Shown: positions 47,884 to 56,630 of the stretch, piece after piece | Layout: each line of letters starts with the position of its first letter | Position numbering within the stretch: the stretch's first letter is position 1 | Source of the DNA: Minisyncoccota bacterium | GTDB taxonomy: Bacteria; Patescibacteriota; Minisyncoccia; Phycocordibacterales; BOKC01 | Direction of reading: 5' to 3' | Length of the DNA: 64,000 nucleotides | Assembly: GCA_030583745.1 (NCBI GenBank) | Contig: CP129473.1 | Coordinates: 268,551-332,550 of the forward strand | Notes under the pieces: model-generated | What the model saw: only the letters and a program-made list of their open reading frames with translations | What the model was told of the DNA's origin: nothing | The model's database searches: none | Program-made: the position numbers and the translations under genes

Positions 47884-47965
47884 GGGCGAGTGGCGTAATT
47901 GGTAGCCGCGCTGCGCTTAGGACGCAGTGGAGTAATCCGTGGAGGTTCGAGTCCTCTCTCGCCCA
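47884..47965 (+). tRNA. tRNA-Leu (anticodon TAG)
   Basis: Acceptor GGGCGAG/CTCGCCC, anticodon stem CTGCG/CGCAG with loop CTTAGGA, long variable arm. Confidence 0.85.
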
Positions 47966-47977
47966 TAAAATATCAAA

Positions 47978-48010
47978 AAAAAAGAAGGCCACGCGAGGTG
48001 CGTGGCCTTT
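47978..48010. terminator. Bidirectional rho-independent terminator at the tRNA-cluster / island boundary
   Basis: A9-GGCCACGC-gaggt-GCGTGGCC-TTT. Confidence 0.7.
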
Positions 48011-48035
48011 AGGGTTACGTTGTTGCTTCAGGAGG

Positions 48036-48613
48036 TTACGAACCGCCGGACCTGGAGGTGGCACCGGAGTTGGAGTCGGCATTTCCACCTGCTCCGCCCT
48101 GTCCCGTGGCCGTGGCAGACGACCCACCTCCTTCCTGTGTCACGTTCGTCCTCGCGGGGCGAAGCACGTATGCACCACCCACAATTCCTGCCGGCATTGC
48201 GACAGACTCCAGGATGCTCCGAGAATTAGCGTCCGAAGCGCCGAGATGCCAAGACTCCCCTGTAAGTTCGTTGAGAAGGTGGCTGTCGAAGCGCTTCAGT
48301 CCCGGAGAAAGGAGACCAGCCGGGGAATTGCTCTCCACCGTCTGATGCCACAAACTCCAATGTCGAACAACTGGGATCATCATCTGAGACGTGGTTTGAG
48401 ACATGCCCTGAGACATGCCTTGGACGTCGGCGTAGTTTTGGAGAGTGTCCGGGTTCGAGTCGTTGTTGGTGTTGTTGTGGGCCATGCCCCTGGCTTCTGC
48501 CAGGTCCACGGCAGAGAAAAGCTCCACCGGACGATGAGCTGTGACCGTAGTGGAACATCCACTCACGACGACAGTCACGATCAGTCCGAACAGACAGACA
48601 ACAATCTTCATCA
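48036..48613 (-). CDS. Putative lipoprotein with Gly/Ser-rich C-terminus (high-GC)
   Basis: RBS AAGGGAG. Signal peptide ending in lipobox LVVSGC. Start set at the MMKIVV ATG. Confidence 0.55.
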
Positions 48614-48652
48614 TCACTGATCTCCCTTTCTTTTGTTCTGTTGATTCTCTTT

Positions 48653-49414
48653 TCAACTCCACACGATGTGGATTCTGAATGGTGGAGGCCATCTCCGCCA
48701 CATACCTTCTACGAAAAAAATGAAGCCCTCGTCAAACTCACGAATCGGCACGTCTTTGAAGATCAGTTTTTCTTCGGGAAAGTTGTCGTGAGTAAGTACC
48801 ACCATTTTTGCCCTCCGGTCATTTAGGGTCGGTGGTGACTGAGAAGAAAGTGTTTCGGGCTTCACCTTTTCATTCAGCCGGTTTTCTAGACGACTGACAG
48901 CTGAGTTGACCTCGGCGATTTCTTGCCGAAGCTTCTCCTGCTCTGCCCGGTCGCCTTGGCCGGCAACGCTTAGAGCAAAGACGTCGCTAAGTTTAGTGTT
49001 GATGTCTTGTAGTGTGCCGGTGAGAGCCGAGAGATTTTCCCGAATTTCTCCGAGAGAATCCTCGACGCTTCCCTGCTGACCTTGGAGTTGCGAGAACTCC
49101 AACGCCAGCTGATTGACCCTGATCGTGAGATCCTGAACGGACTTCGCGATCAGGTCTTCTTCCGGTTCCGGCTCAACAGCCAGAGCTTTGACTTCTTCGG
49201 ACTTCTGCTCTACTTGATCTTCTTCCGGTTTCTCCTCTCTTTCTGTTTCCCCCTCCGTCACTTCGGACTTCTTCTCGTCCTCCGATTTGGACGCGGTTGC
49301 TGACTCCGCAACCTTCTGATTCGCCGACTGGTCAAAATCCGGGGCATTAACATACCCCAAAACAGCGACACAGAGCGCCACAAGCGCTCCAAAAACCCGA
49401 GTGAAATCCCTCAT
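48653..49414 (-). CDS. Secreted acidic coiled-coil protein (high-GC)
   Basis: Signal peptide, a Glu/Lys-rich region and heptad-like segments. RBS AGAGGGG upstream. Confidence 0.55.
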   Translation of the reverse strand: MRDFTRVFGALVALCVAVLGYVNAPDFDQSANQKVAESATASKSEDEKKSEVTEGETEREEKPEEDQVEQKSEEVKALAVEPEPEEDLIAKSVQDLTIRVNQLALEFSQLQGQQGSVEDSLGEIRENLSALTGTLQDINTKLSDVFALSVAGQGDRAEQEKLRQEIAEVNSAVSRLENRLNEKVKPETLSSQSPPTLNDRRAKMVVLTHDNFPEEKLIFKDVPIREFDEGFIFFVEGMWRRWPPPFRIHIVWS

Positions 49415-49669
49415 TTTTCCCCTCTTTTTTTCTCTTTCTTGTGTTAGTTTGATTCAAACTTCCGGTACGCCCAGAAGCCTGATTTATGCAACAACGTCAA
49501 TGTCCATCCAATAAAGAGTATGCGCCTTTGTTCATAAAAGTCAATAGACAAAAATTTGACTTTCATAAAAACATGATATACTATTGTAAGCAGTAGTTCC
49601 TTGACGTGAGGAATTTATACACACAGATTCAGATTTGCCATAACAACGGCAAGAAAAAAGGAGAGAATC

Positions 49670-50932
49670 ATGGAAAGTGTCGTGTGGTGGTTGGATCTGA
49701 TTGGTAAGCTAACCCTTGTGATCATAACCTTTCTACTCCCTCTTTGGTTCATTCTTCTGGCTAGGTGGTTAGCCAAAATTGGCGAACAAATCCCGTACCT
49801 GCAGTTCTTCACAGTCGTCAACGAGGGAGAAGCAAAAACAATAACAGTCAACGGAAAGTTTGACAGAGCTATCATGTCATTCACTGGTTACGCTTTCAGG
49901 TGGCAGGTCTTCTCTAGAGAAGAGGAAATTGACTTTACACCTGACGAACTTAGGTGGGCCAAGGAAAGACTGACAGAAGAGAATTCAACATTCAGTTCCC
50001 AACCGAAAAGACAGCAAGAATCGTTGAGCAGAGACTGGCTCAAGAGGGAAGCTGTCGGGGAGCCAGGGCCCTGGGATGTCATCCGTCTATCAGAAAACCT
50101 AGAAATTCGCAGAGGTCAACTCATTCTTCTCTCTAGTTTACCCTTTATAGGCAAATTGGTCGGTGGTCTTCGCTGGGTGGGAATCCTGCCCGGAATCTCT
50201 CACAGAGTCTATCAGATGCCCCGCTTTGCTTGGGCATCTGTCGAATACCGAAAGGATGAGCAAGGAAATCCTACCCACGACAGGGTTGTCGTGCCCAAGG
50301 AAATGTCGAGCTACGAAGTAGTGTTTGTCAAGAGAGATGTCTATCCTGTCATCCTTCGACCAGCAATTGTCGATGAGGGTGTGCAAATAAACCTTGTAGT
50401 ACTCCTGCAAATCTGCAGCAGAAACCCCTTCAAGACCATGCATCGTATTGAGCACTGGTTTGAATCTGTCTCCAACAGAGTGCAAACTAGGTTGAGAGAG
50501 TTGGTTGGCCGAAGGGGGCTTAAAGAAGTCTACGGCAGTGGACCGCAACCCCTACTTGCCGAGGCGCTCTTACGCGAACTTCAGGACATCATTACAGATG
50601 TAAGGATTAGATTCGGAATCCAGATTGACGCTATAGAAATCTTCTCTGCTGAATTCGCTCGAAATACCGACAACGACATCTACATACTCCCCTTCAAGTC
50701 AGAACAGGAGGCACAAGGTATCAAGATCATCGCGAAGGCACGAGAGGAGGAGGCTAGGTTGGTGTTGCGGGCAACAGAACAGTATGGCGGAAGAGAAGCT
50801 GTAGAAACTCGACTCCTGACTGGACCGGACTCCAAGGTAACTACGGTTGTCCAGAAAGGCGCTATTAACGTAGCTCTTCCCCCCTCGTCTCCACCCACCC
50901 CGCCGGCAACCGGCGGTGGGACGGGAACCTGA
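49670..50932 (+). CDS. Membrane-anchored SPFH/band-7 (stomatin/prohibitin/flotillin-like) domain protein (high-GC)
   Basis: N-terminal TM. Central region resembles the SPFH fold (…VQINLVVLLQICSRNPFKTMHRIEH…GIQIDAIEIFSAEF…AQGIKIIAKAREEEARLV…). Pro/Gly-rich tail. Confidence 0.55.
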   Translation: MESVVWWLDLIGKLTLVIITFLLPLWFILLARWLAKIGEQIPYLQFFTVVNEGEAKTITVNGKFDRAIMSFTGYAFRWQVFSREEEIDFTPDELRWAKERLTEENSTFSSQPKRQQESLSRDWLKREAVGEPGPWDVIRLSENLEIRRGQLILLSSLPFIGKLVGGLRWVGILPGISHRVYQMPRFAWASVEYRKDEQGNPTHDRVVVPKEMSSYEVVFVKRDVYPVILRPAIVDEGVQINLVVLLQICSRNPFKTMHRIEHWFESVSNRVQTRLRELVGRRGLKEVYGSGPQPLLAEALLRELQDIITDVRIRFGIQIDAIEIFSAEFARNTDNDIYILPFKSEQEAQGIKIIAKAREEEARLVLRATEQYGGREAVETRLLTGPDSKVTTVVQKGAINVALPPSSPPTPPATGGGTGT

Positions 50933-50954
50933 ATCCTCACTTCACGCATCGCTT

Positions 50955-50994
50955 CTCGCCCCGACGCACTCGCGTCGGGGCGTTTCTTTTTATT
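50955..50994 (+). terminator. Rho-independent terminator
   Basis: CGCCCCGACGC-act-cGCGTCGGGGCG followed by TTTCTTTTTATT. Confidence 0.75.
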
Positions 50995-51114
50995 GACTTA
51001 ACAAGTAAAACATGATAACATTTATAACGGAAAGTTCGTTGCCAAAAACATCCACTTTGTCAGTGTAGGCAAAGTAGAATCGTCGAAACATGTGCAAGAA
51101 GAAAGGAGTGCGAG

Positions 51115-52428
51115 ATGAACATCACCCTTGCGGTTCTCGGAGTTTTGTTTTTCATCTCGATGCTCATAGTCGGGATGGAAAGATTCGTAAACTGGAAACA
51201 TCCTGGAAAACAGGGCGATCGGAGCAAAGGAAAAGGAAGGAAAAGGAAGTCGGATCCCAAACGCCTGAACAGAAAAGTTCTGATTGGTAAGATTGCTGTC
51301 TATATTGTCTTCTTTGGGCCAGCATTATTTGTTTCAATGGCCATATTCTTCCAACTCTTCCACGAGAGACCCGATCGAGAAACAGCCTTCAGTGTGTGGG
51401 CTGTCGTTGGCTTGGCAGTTTTATTTACTCTCATCATCTTTGTTGCGGTGTTAATAACACAACGACAGGGGAAATCGGCAATCAAGTGGGCAATGATCGC
51501 AACTATGATAGCCCTACCAATCTACCTTGTTTGGTACTTCCTAGATATCCACACAACAACTTGGATTGTGATGCTGTACGTAGTAAAAATCCAAGTCGCA
51601 ACTGAAGAACTCGAGTCAGAACACAGGAAAGTCCTGTGGTGGATCACAACAACCATCATCGCCCTTGTGGTCTTCTTCGCATTCTGGTGGCTCTCCAAAC
51701 TCTTCAAAAAGAAAGTGAGGTCAGAAGACGGAACACGTCGTGCAGGTGTTTTCGAAAACACCTGCAGACGGGTCCTAAAATACGACGTAGGTTCAACCAC
51801 GCTCTTCCGGTTCTTCGCAACCGGACTTGTGACGCTTGTCATCATGATCGGCGTCCACTTCCTCGCACAAATCTACTGGCCGGATAGCTGGAGCGGGTGG
51901 CGAAGAAGCGGGGTTGAGTTGTTCTGGATTCCAAATCTGGCAATCCTCCTGTTCTTCCCGCTAATCATCACGTTCCGCCGCTGGGGTTGGCTGCCGGCGT
52001 TAGCCATTGTCGGCATTACAGTGCTTGGTGTCCTCTCCAGCTTGGACTGGCTATCAAGCACGACGTCGACCGACAATGGCAGACACAGATCGACGGCAAC
52101 CCAACCGTCTCAACCACAAGAGTGGCTCTCTGTCGGAGAACTGCGAGGAAAACAGAGCGTCACCACTCTACGAAACCTCTACTACGACGAATACCAGCTG
52201 TCGTACGACATCTGGTATCCCGACAGCAGGGGGAAGCGTGGAGAAGCGAAGCTCAAAAGGTGCATCGAGGACGGCAAGTACTACGGCACCTTTGAATACC
52301 GAAACCCAAGAGGAGAGGGCGATGTCTGGCTGGAAGAGATTCCAGATAGGCCCGGGCACTTCAGGGGTCAGTCCTGGAGTGATTACACTAACGGCGAAAG
52401 GGTCTGGTTCGAGATCAGACCCAAGTAG
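51115..52428 (+). CDS. Polytopic membrane protein (~9 TM) with ~100-aa C-terminal soluble domain (high-GC)
   Basis: RBS AAAGGAG. Multiple hydrophobic helices rich in Trp. No known family recognised. Confidence 0.55.
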   Translation: MNITLAVLGVLFFISMLIVGMERFVNWKHPGKQGDRSKGKGRKRKSDPKRLNRKVLIGKIAVYIVFFGPALFVSMAIFFQLFHERPDRETAFSVWAVVGLAVLFTLIIFVAVLITQRQGKSAIKWAMIATMIALPIYLVWYFLDIHTTTWIVMLYVVKIQVATEELESEHRKVLWWITTTIIALVVFFAFWWLSKLFKKKVRSEDGTRRAGVFENTCRRVLKYDVGSTTLFRFFATGLVTLVIMIGVHFLAQIYWPDSWSGWRRSGVELFWIPNLAILLFFPLIITFRRWGWLPALAIVGITVLGVLSSLDWLSSTTSTDNGRHRSTATQPSQPQEWLSVGELRGKQSVTTLRNLYYDEYQLSYDIWYPDSRGKRGEAKLKRCIEDGKYYGTFEYRNPRGEGDVWLEEIPDRPGHFRGQSWSDYTNGERVWFEIRPK

Positions 52429-52447
52429 GCAACGATAACTACACGCA

Positions 52448-52477
52448 AGCGGCGAGCATCATGCTCGCCGCTTTTTC
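52448..52477 (+). terminator. Rho-independent terminator
   Basis: AGCGGCGAGCAT-c-ATGCTCGCCGCT followed by TTTTT. Confidence 0.75.
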
Positions 52478-52509
52478 AATTCTATATTTTTTCGCACCAG
52501 ACGTTTGAT

Positions 52510-52770
52510 TTAAGGAATTATGCCTCCCGGCGCTGAAATTCCGAAAGTTCCGAGAATAATTTTGATTATCCCAAAAACGGCCACCATAATGAAAAGTCCG
52601 ATAATCCCCCAGAGCATATGTTTCTTACCGGTCGCCCTTTTTTCTTCACTTTCCATTCCAGCAACAAACTGCAAAATACCCCAGAGAAAAACAAGACTGG
52701 CAGTAGCCAAAAGCAGAATAATCAGCGGATTAATAATGACCTGATTGACTTTGTAAATAATTTCGATCAT
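52510..52770 (-). CDS. Small pilin-like membrane protein, TrbC/VirB2-like (paralog 1 of 7)
   Basis: Shares the core …FLWG…FV.AG.E(E/D)KR..GK..M(I/L)WGII… with the six ORFs upstream. Two hydrophobic helices flank a charged loop. Confidence 0.5.
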   Translation of the reverse strand: MIEIIYKVNQVIINPLIILLLATASLVFLWGILQFVAGMESEEKRATGKKHMLWGIIGLFIMVAVFGIIKIILGTFGISAPGGIIP

Positions 52771-52820
52771 TTGTTTTCAAGGCAAGAACCCCGCCAAAAG
52801 CGGGGTTCTTCAGAAAAATC

Positions 52821-53174
52821 TTAAAGTCCTGGAATCGCTGGAGGAGCGGGCGGTTGTCTTTCCGGAAAAATAGTAATCAGAAGGTTCACAATTCCCCAAA
52901 TCGCAACCATCACAAAGAAAGCAATAATACCCCAAATCATGATTTGCTTACCTTTTCCTCTTTTTTCTTCGTCACCGGCAGAAGCCACAAACATCATCAA
53001 GCCCCAAAGGAAGAAGACCAAAGCTAAAGCGATAATGACCCCTGTAACAACATTCAAGAATCCCTTGAAAGCGTTCAAGAAATTACCAACTTCGCCGAAT
53101 TGGGCATTTAAGACAGCAACCGGAAGAATAAAAAGAAATCCGGCCGGCAAAACCCATGCTAATAATTTTTTCAT
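52821..53174 (-). CDS. Small pilin-like membrane protein (paralog 2 of 7)
   Basis: Signal peptide. VFFLWGLMMFVASAGDEEKRGKGKQIMIWGIIAFFVMVAIWGIV. Confidence 0.5.
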   Translation of the reverse strand: MKKLLAWVLPAGFLFILPVAVLNAQFGEVGNFLNAFKGFLNVVTGVIIALALVFFLWGLMMFVASAGDEEKRGKGKQIMIWGIIAFFVMVAIWGIVNLLITIFPERQPPAPPAIPGL

Positions 53175-53269
53175 TTATTTTGTGAATAAAAAAACAACTT
53201 TTAAATTTTAACGACCTTTTAAATTTTAATACGATTAAACATTTTATTCAACCGCAGTTTTGCACAAAA

Positions 53270-53641
53270 TTACCTTGGCAAAACCGGAGGAATAAAAATC
53301 GGCGGTAGAGGTGCCCCAGTCGGTAGAAAAATTGAAGCTAAAAGTCGAACTATACCCCAGATTGCGATCATCACTGCAAGAACAATAATCCCCCAGAGCA
53401 TCTTTTGTTTCCCTTCAGACCTTTTGTCCTCGCTTCCGGCATTCAATACAAACAAGGCCATTCCCCAGAGAAAGAAAATAAGCGCTAAAGCGATAATGAC
53501 CTTGACCAGAATATTTGCAAGAGCCAAAAAATTAACTAGAAAAACAACAAACGGACCATAGTGGTCAAAACCGGGTATTCCAAGAAGATACTGGCAAACA
53601 TCTTTTGGTATTGCGCCCCAATTGCAAAGAATTTGAATCAT
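53270..53641 (-). CDS. Small pilin-like membrane protein (paralog 3 of 7)
   Basis: IFFLWGMALFVLNAGSEDKRSEGKQKMLWGIIVLAVMIAIWGIV. Confidence 0.5.
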   Translation of the reverse strand: MIQILCNWGAIPKDVCQYLLGIPGFDHYGPFVVFLVNFLALANILVKVIIALALIFFLWGMALFVLNAGSEDKRSEGKQKMLWGIIVLAVMIAIWGIVRLLASIFLPTGAPLPPIFIPPVLPR

Positions 53642-53687
53642 ATTTATAAATTATACGATAATTTTAAAAATTATTCTGACTTTTAAT

Positions 53688-54026
53688 CTATCTAGGGATG
53701 GGCGACAGTCCGAATCCTAATTGCAAAGCCCACATAATCCCGCCAATACCAACCATTATCACCAAAGCTACGATCCCCCACAACATTCTTTGCCTCCCTT
53801 CCCTTCTCTTGTCTTCATTGCCGGAATTCAAAATAAAAACCGCAGCGCCCCAAAGAAAAAACGCTAAAGCAAAACCCATAATGGTAATAAGTAAAAGATA
53901 AAGTGGTATCCAAGCCCAAGCCAGAAGAGACTGAATGGTCGGATTTTGAGCCGAAACAAGAGCGGGCGAAAACAAAAAAAATATCGCCAAGAATTTCAAG
54001 TGTTTATTTGTAATAGAATATTTCAT
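53688..54026 (-). CDS. Small pilin-like membrane protein (paralog 4 of 7)
   Basis: Signal peptide. AFFLWGAAVFILNSGNEDKRREGRQRMLWGIVALVIMVGIGGIM. Confidence 0.5.
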   Translation of the reverse strand: MKYSITNKHLKFLAIFFLFSPALVSAQNPTIQSLLAWAWIPLYLLLITIMGFALAFFLWGAAVFILNSGNEDKRREGRQRMLWGIVALVIMVGIGGIMWALQLGFGLSPIPR

Positions 54027-54388
54027 TTTGTTCTTAATTGGGGTAAAAATTTAAATTCGGAACCAAGAACGCTGGCGTATAGAATCCCAACCAAAGCCCA
54101 AGTTGAAACGGCAATAAAAAGCGCGATAATGCCCCAAATCATCAAAGTCTTTCCACTCTTTCTCTTGTCCTCTTCATCGGCTTTCAAGATAAAAATCGCC
54201 AATCCCCAAAAAAATATTACAAAAGAAATAAAGATTACGAGGGGCGCGGCTAAAGACAATATGTTTAAAACTATATCCGCAAATTCCTGAAAATTTCTTG
54301 GGGTTCTCGGTTGAAGTTGCGCGCTCGCAATATGTGGCAAAAAAAACAAAGTTGACAGAATAAGTGAAAATTTTGAAAACTTCTTCAT
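54023..54388 (-). CDS. Small pilin-like membrane protein (paralog 5 of 7)
   Basis: Signal peptide. IFFWGLAIFILKADEEDKRKSGKTLMIWGIIALFIAV. Confidence 0.5.
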   Translation of the reverse strand: MKKFSKFSLILSTLFFLPHIASAQLQPRTPRNFQEFADIVLNILSLAAPLVIFISFVIFFWGLAIFILKADEEDKRKSGKTLMIWGIIALFIAVSTWALVGILYASVLGSEFKFLPQLRTK

Positions 54389-54389
54389 T

Positions 54390-54812
54390 TTATTTTTTTG
54401 GACATTCTAATCCCGGAATATCAGAAATCAAACAAATTGTATTTTTTATACCCTCGGAAATCACCAACGCGCCGAGTAAAACAGCAATACCAACAACCGT
54501 CCAAGTCAGAGATTTCTTGGCGGTCTTCAACTTGTCTTCATTGCCCTGCGCCGTAACAAAAAGAAAGCCGGTAAAGATCAAAGCCAAGACCGCTATCACA
54601 GCGCCAATCGGCAAAACAATATCTCTCAAAATCAAGTTAAGAAGACCAATAAGAGTCATTTTTGGGTCCTTGAACGGCGACTCTATGCCGGGAGGATTTG
54701 CGGGCTCGGTTATGTTGGCCAAAACCGGATTTACGAAAAATAAAATTAGAAAAATGGAAAACAAACAAAGAGAAACTGCCGAAAAAAAATATTTACTTTT
54801 CATTTTCAACAT
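54390..54812 (-). CDS. Small pilin-like membrane protein (divergent paralog 6 of 7)
   Basis: Signal peptide. LIFTGFLFVTAQGNEDKLKTAKKSLTWTVVGIAVLLGALV. Extra C-terminal Cys pair. Confidence 0.45.
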   Translation of the reverse strand: MLKMKSKYFFSAVSLCLFSIFLILFFVNPVLANITEPANPPGIESPFKDPKMTLIGLLNLILRDIVLPIGAVIAVLALIFTGFLFVTAQGNEDKLKTAKKSLTWTVVGIAVLLGALVISEGIKNTICLISDIPGLECPKK

Positions 54813-54825
54813 AATTATATCACGA

Positions 54826-55302
54826 TTATTTGTTCGGTCTTAAGAGCTGAAGAAGTGAATCTTCCCGTAACAGAGTTGAAATAATAAGCCAGACAATAAG
54901 CCAAGCCGCCAAGACAAGAAAAAGACCAATCGCCACGTTTTTAAAAATCTCGTGGGCTTTCTTGATTTTGTCTTCACTGCCCGCTGCTGTCAAATATAGA
55001 AATCCGGCATAAGCAAAAGCGATGGCGGAAAGAGGTAGAGAAATTATAATCAAAAAATTCATTACGTTTTGTGCCAAAATCAAAAGCTCCGTCCAACCGC
55101 AACCTTCCGGCGGACAGTTTGGAACCAATCCCCCGCCACCCTGCTGTGATTGCTCGCTTTGCGGTTCAGATGGGGGTGGAGGTGTTGATTCGCCAACTCC
55201 GTCTCCAGCATCGGGTAATATTTGCCCTGTCGCTAAGAAAGGCAAAGGGGTAAAAACAAAAACCAGAGTAAAAATTATAGAAAAAAATAAAAACTTCTTC
55301 AT
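54826..55302 (-). CDS. Small pilin-like membrane protein (divergent paralog 7 of 7) with Pro/Gln/Gly-rich N-region
   Basis: Signal peptide. AFAYAGFLYLTAAGSEDKIKKAHEIF…IGLFLVLAAWLIVWLI. Confidence 0.45.
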   Translation of the reverse strand: MKKFLFFSIIFTLVFVFTPLPFLATGQILPDAGDGVGESTPPPPSEPQSEQSQQGGGGLVPNCPPEGCGWTELLILAQNVMNFLIIISLPLSAIAFAYAGFLYLTAAGSEDKIKKAHEIFKNVAIGLFLVLAAWLIVWLIISTLLREDSLLQLLRPNK

Positions 55303-55307
55303 TTAAT

Positions 55308-56603
55308 TTATCTCAAAATCAAATTAAGTTCTTGATGAGCTCTTTGAACGGCGTCGCGAACTACCGCTCGGCCACCAGTAACCGATTCTATCATGTTTCT
55401 GAAGATATTCGACACTCTTGTTTTATCCGGCACTGGCCAAGTCTTTGAAATTACAGCGCTTTGATAAAAAGTCTCCATAAAAGCTCTTTCCGGTCGCAAG
55501 GAAAGCAGGTCTCTTCTTGCTGGCGGCAAATTCCTAATCTGACTGAAAGCTCGGGAATTATCTTGGCCGGAAAGAATTGAAGCTACTCTGAAAGCTCCGG
55601 CAATATTTCTAGAGCGGTTACTTATCGCAAGACCCTCCATTTTTCCATAGACAATTCTATTATTAACACTTTCGGCTTGGGGTATTAGAGCTACGTCAAA
55701 ATTAAGGTTAGGATTTCTATCGCGAATTTCAAAAAGTTCGGAAGCAAAACCAAGATAGATCGCTAAATCCCCAGCAACGAAAAAGTCTTTTGACTTGGGC
55801 AGGGCGCGGTTCCAGCTATAAAAAGGTTTTAAAGGGTTTGAAAATTCGGTATAAAAACTTAAAGCTCTTTCGGCCGGTAGGGCCGGCAGACCTCTTGCCT
55901 CGTCGAGCGTGCTCGTCAAAACCCCGTTTGACTTTTTTTCGGCTATCGGATTTCCGGCCTGCATAATAAGTAAACTCAAAATCTCAAAAGCGTGGTTTAT
56001 GTTGGTAAACTCACCTAAGGCCAAAGCGCTTCTGGTGATATTAAAATTTGGGTCTCTTCTCGTCAGTGCGGAAGAGATATCATAAAACTCATCCCAAAAC
56101 GAAGGTGGCTCGATCAATCCGGCAAAGGTAAAAATGTCTCGATTCCAGTACATCACCATAGGATCAATTGAGATCGGCAAAGCCCAAACCCCTTCTTCAG
56201 ACAAAAAAACTTCAGCGCCCTCAATGAAGGATTTTTTGAAATCTCTTTCCGAAAAACTAGCAAGAGGAACAGCGAAAATTCTCTGTTTTTGCTTCAACAA
56301 ATTATCACTGCTAACAAAAAACAAGTCTGGTCCGGCGTCTTTTGCCAATGCCTCAAGAAGTTCCTGGTCAAATGTCTCCGGCCTCTTTTCTTCGTAACTT
56401 ATTTTAATTTCTTCGTTTTGGTCTAGACCGGTAGCTTTAAGGACTTCAGCAAATTGGTTTCTCGGCATCGCTCCCCACATTAAAACCTCAATAACCGCAG
56501 TCCTACTCCCACTTCTTGCCATCGCAAAAACCAAAATGCCGATTATGAAAAAAGCGGCAAAAACACCAAGAACAATTAATTGGAATTTAGAAATATTTTT
56601 CAT
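55308..56603 (-). CDS. Membrane-anchored extracellular solute-binding-protein-like (SBP family 1-like) protein
   Basis: N-terminal TM. Size of ~400 aa and sequence are compatible with a periplasmic-binding fold. Weak assignment. Confidence 0.4.
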   Translation of the reverse strand: MKNISKFQLIVLGVFAAFFIIGILVFAMARSGSRTAVIEVLMWGAMPRNQFAEVLKATGLDQNEEIKISYEEKRPETFDQELLEALAKDAGPDLFFVSSDNLLKQKQRIFAVPLASFSERDFKKSFIEGAEVFLSEEGVWALPISIDPMVMYWNRDIFTFAGLIEPPSFWDEFYDISSALTRRDPNFNITRSALALGEFTNINHAFEILSLLIMQAGNPIAEKKSNGVLTSTLDEARGLPALPAERALSFYTEFSNPLKPFYSWNRALPKSKDFFVAGDLAIYLGFASELFEIRDRNPNLNFDVALIPQAESVNNRIVYGKMEGLAISNRSRNIAGAFRVASILSGQDNSRAFSQIRNLPPARRDLLSLRPERAFMETFYQSAVISKTWPVPDKTRVSNIFRNMIESVTGGRAVVRDAVQRAHQELNLILR

Positions 56604-56630
56604 GTCAGATTTAGAAATATAATAACACGA

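Larger units (their letters stand above)
48011..52478. mobile_element. Putative genomic island: ~4.5-kb high-GC block immediately 3' of the tRNA cluster
   Basis: Sharp compositional jump. A 60-nt sample at 48013 is 37/60 GC, against about 22-24/60 in flanking DNA. Contains four genes with GC-rich terminators. No integrase or flanking direct repeats were seen. Confidence 0.5.

Noticed and set aside
48058-52438. Many overlapping ORFs on both strands inside the high-GC island (for example 48058-48345+, 48246-48620+, 51987-52295+, 52007-52438+, 51522-51845-)
   Set aside because: High GC content suppresses stop codons and so inflates spurious ORFs. These have Arg/Pro/Ser-rich translations and overlap better-supported genes that carry an RBS and terminator.
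52771-52820. Hairpin AAGAACCCCGC-caaaa-GCGGGGTTCTT between two pilin genes, as a terminator
   Set aside because: The stem is clear, but there is no T-tract on either strand, so I did not list it as a terminator. It may be an attenuator or an RNA-processing site within the pilin operon.
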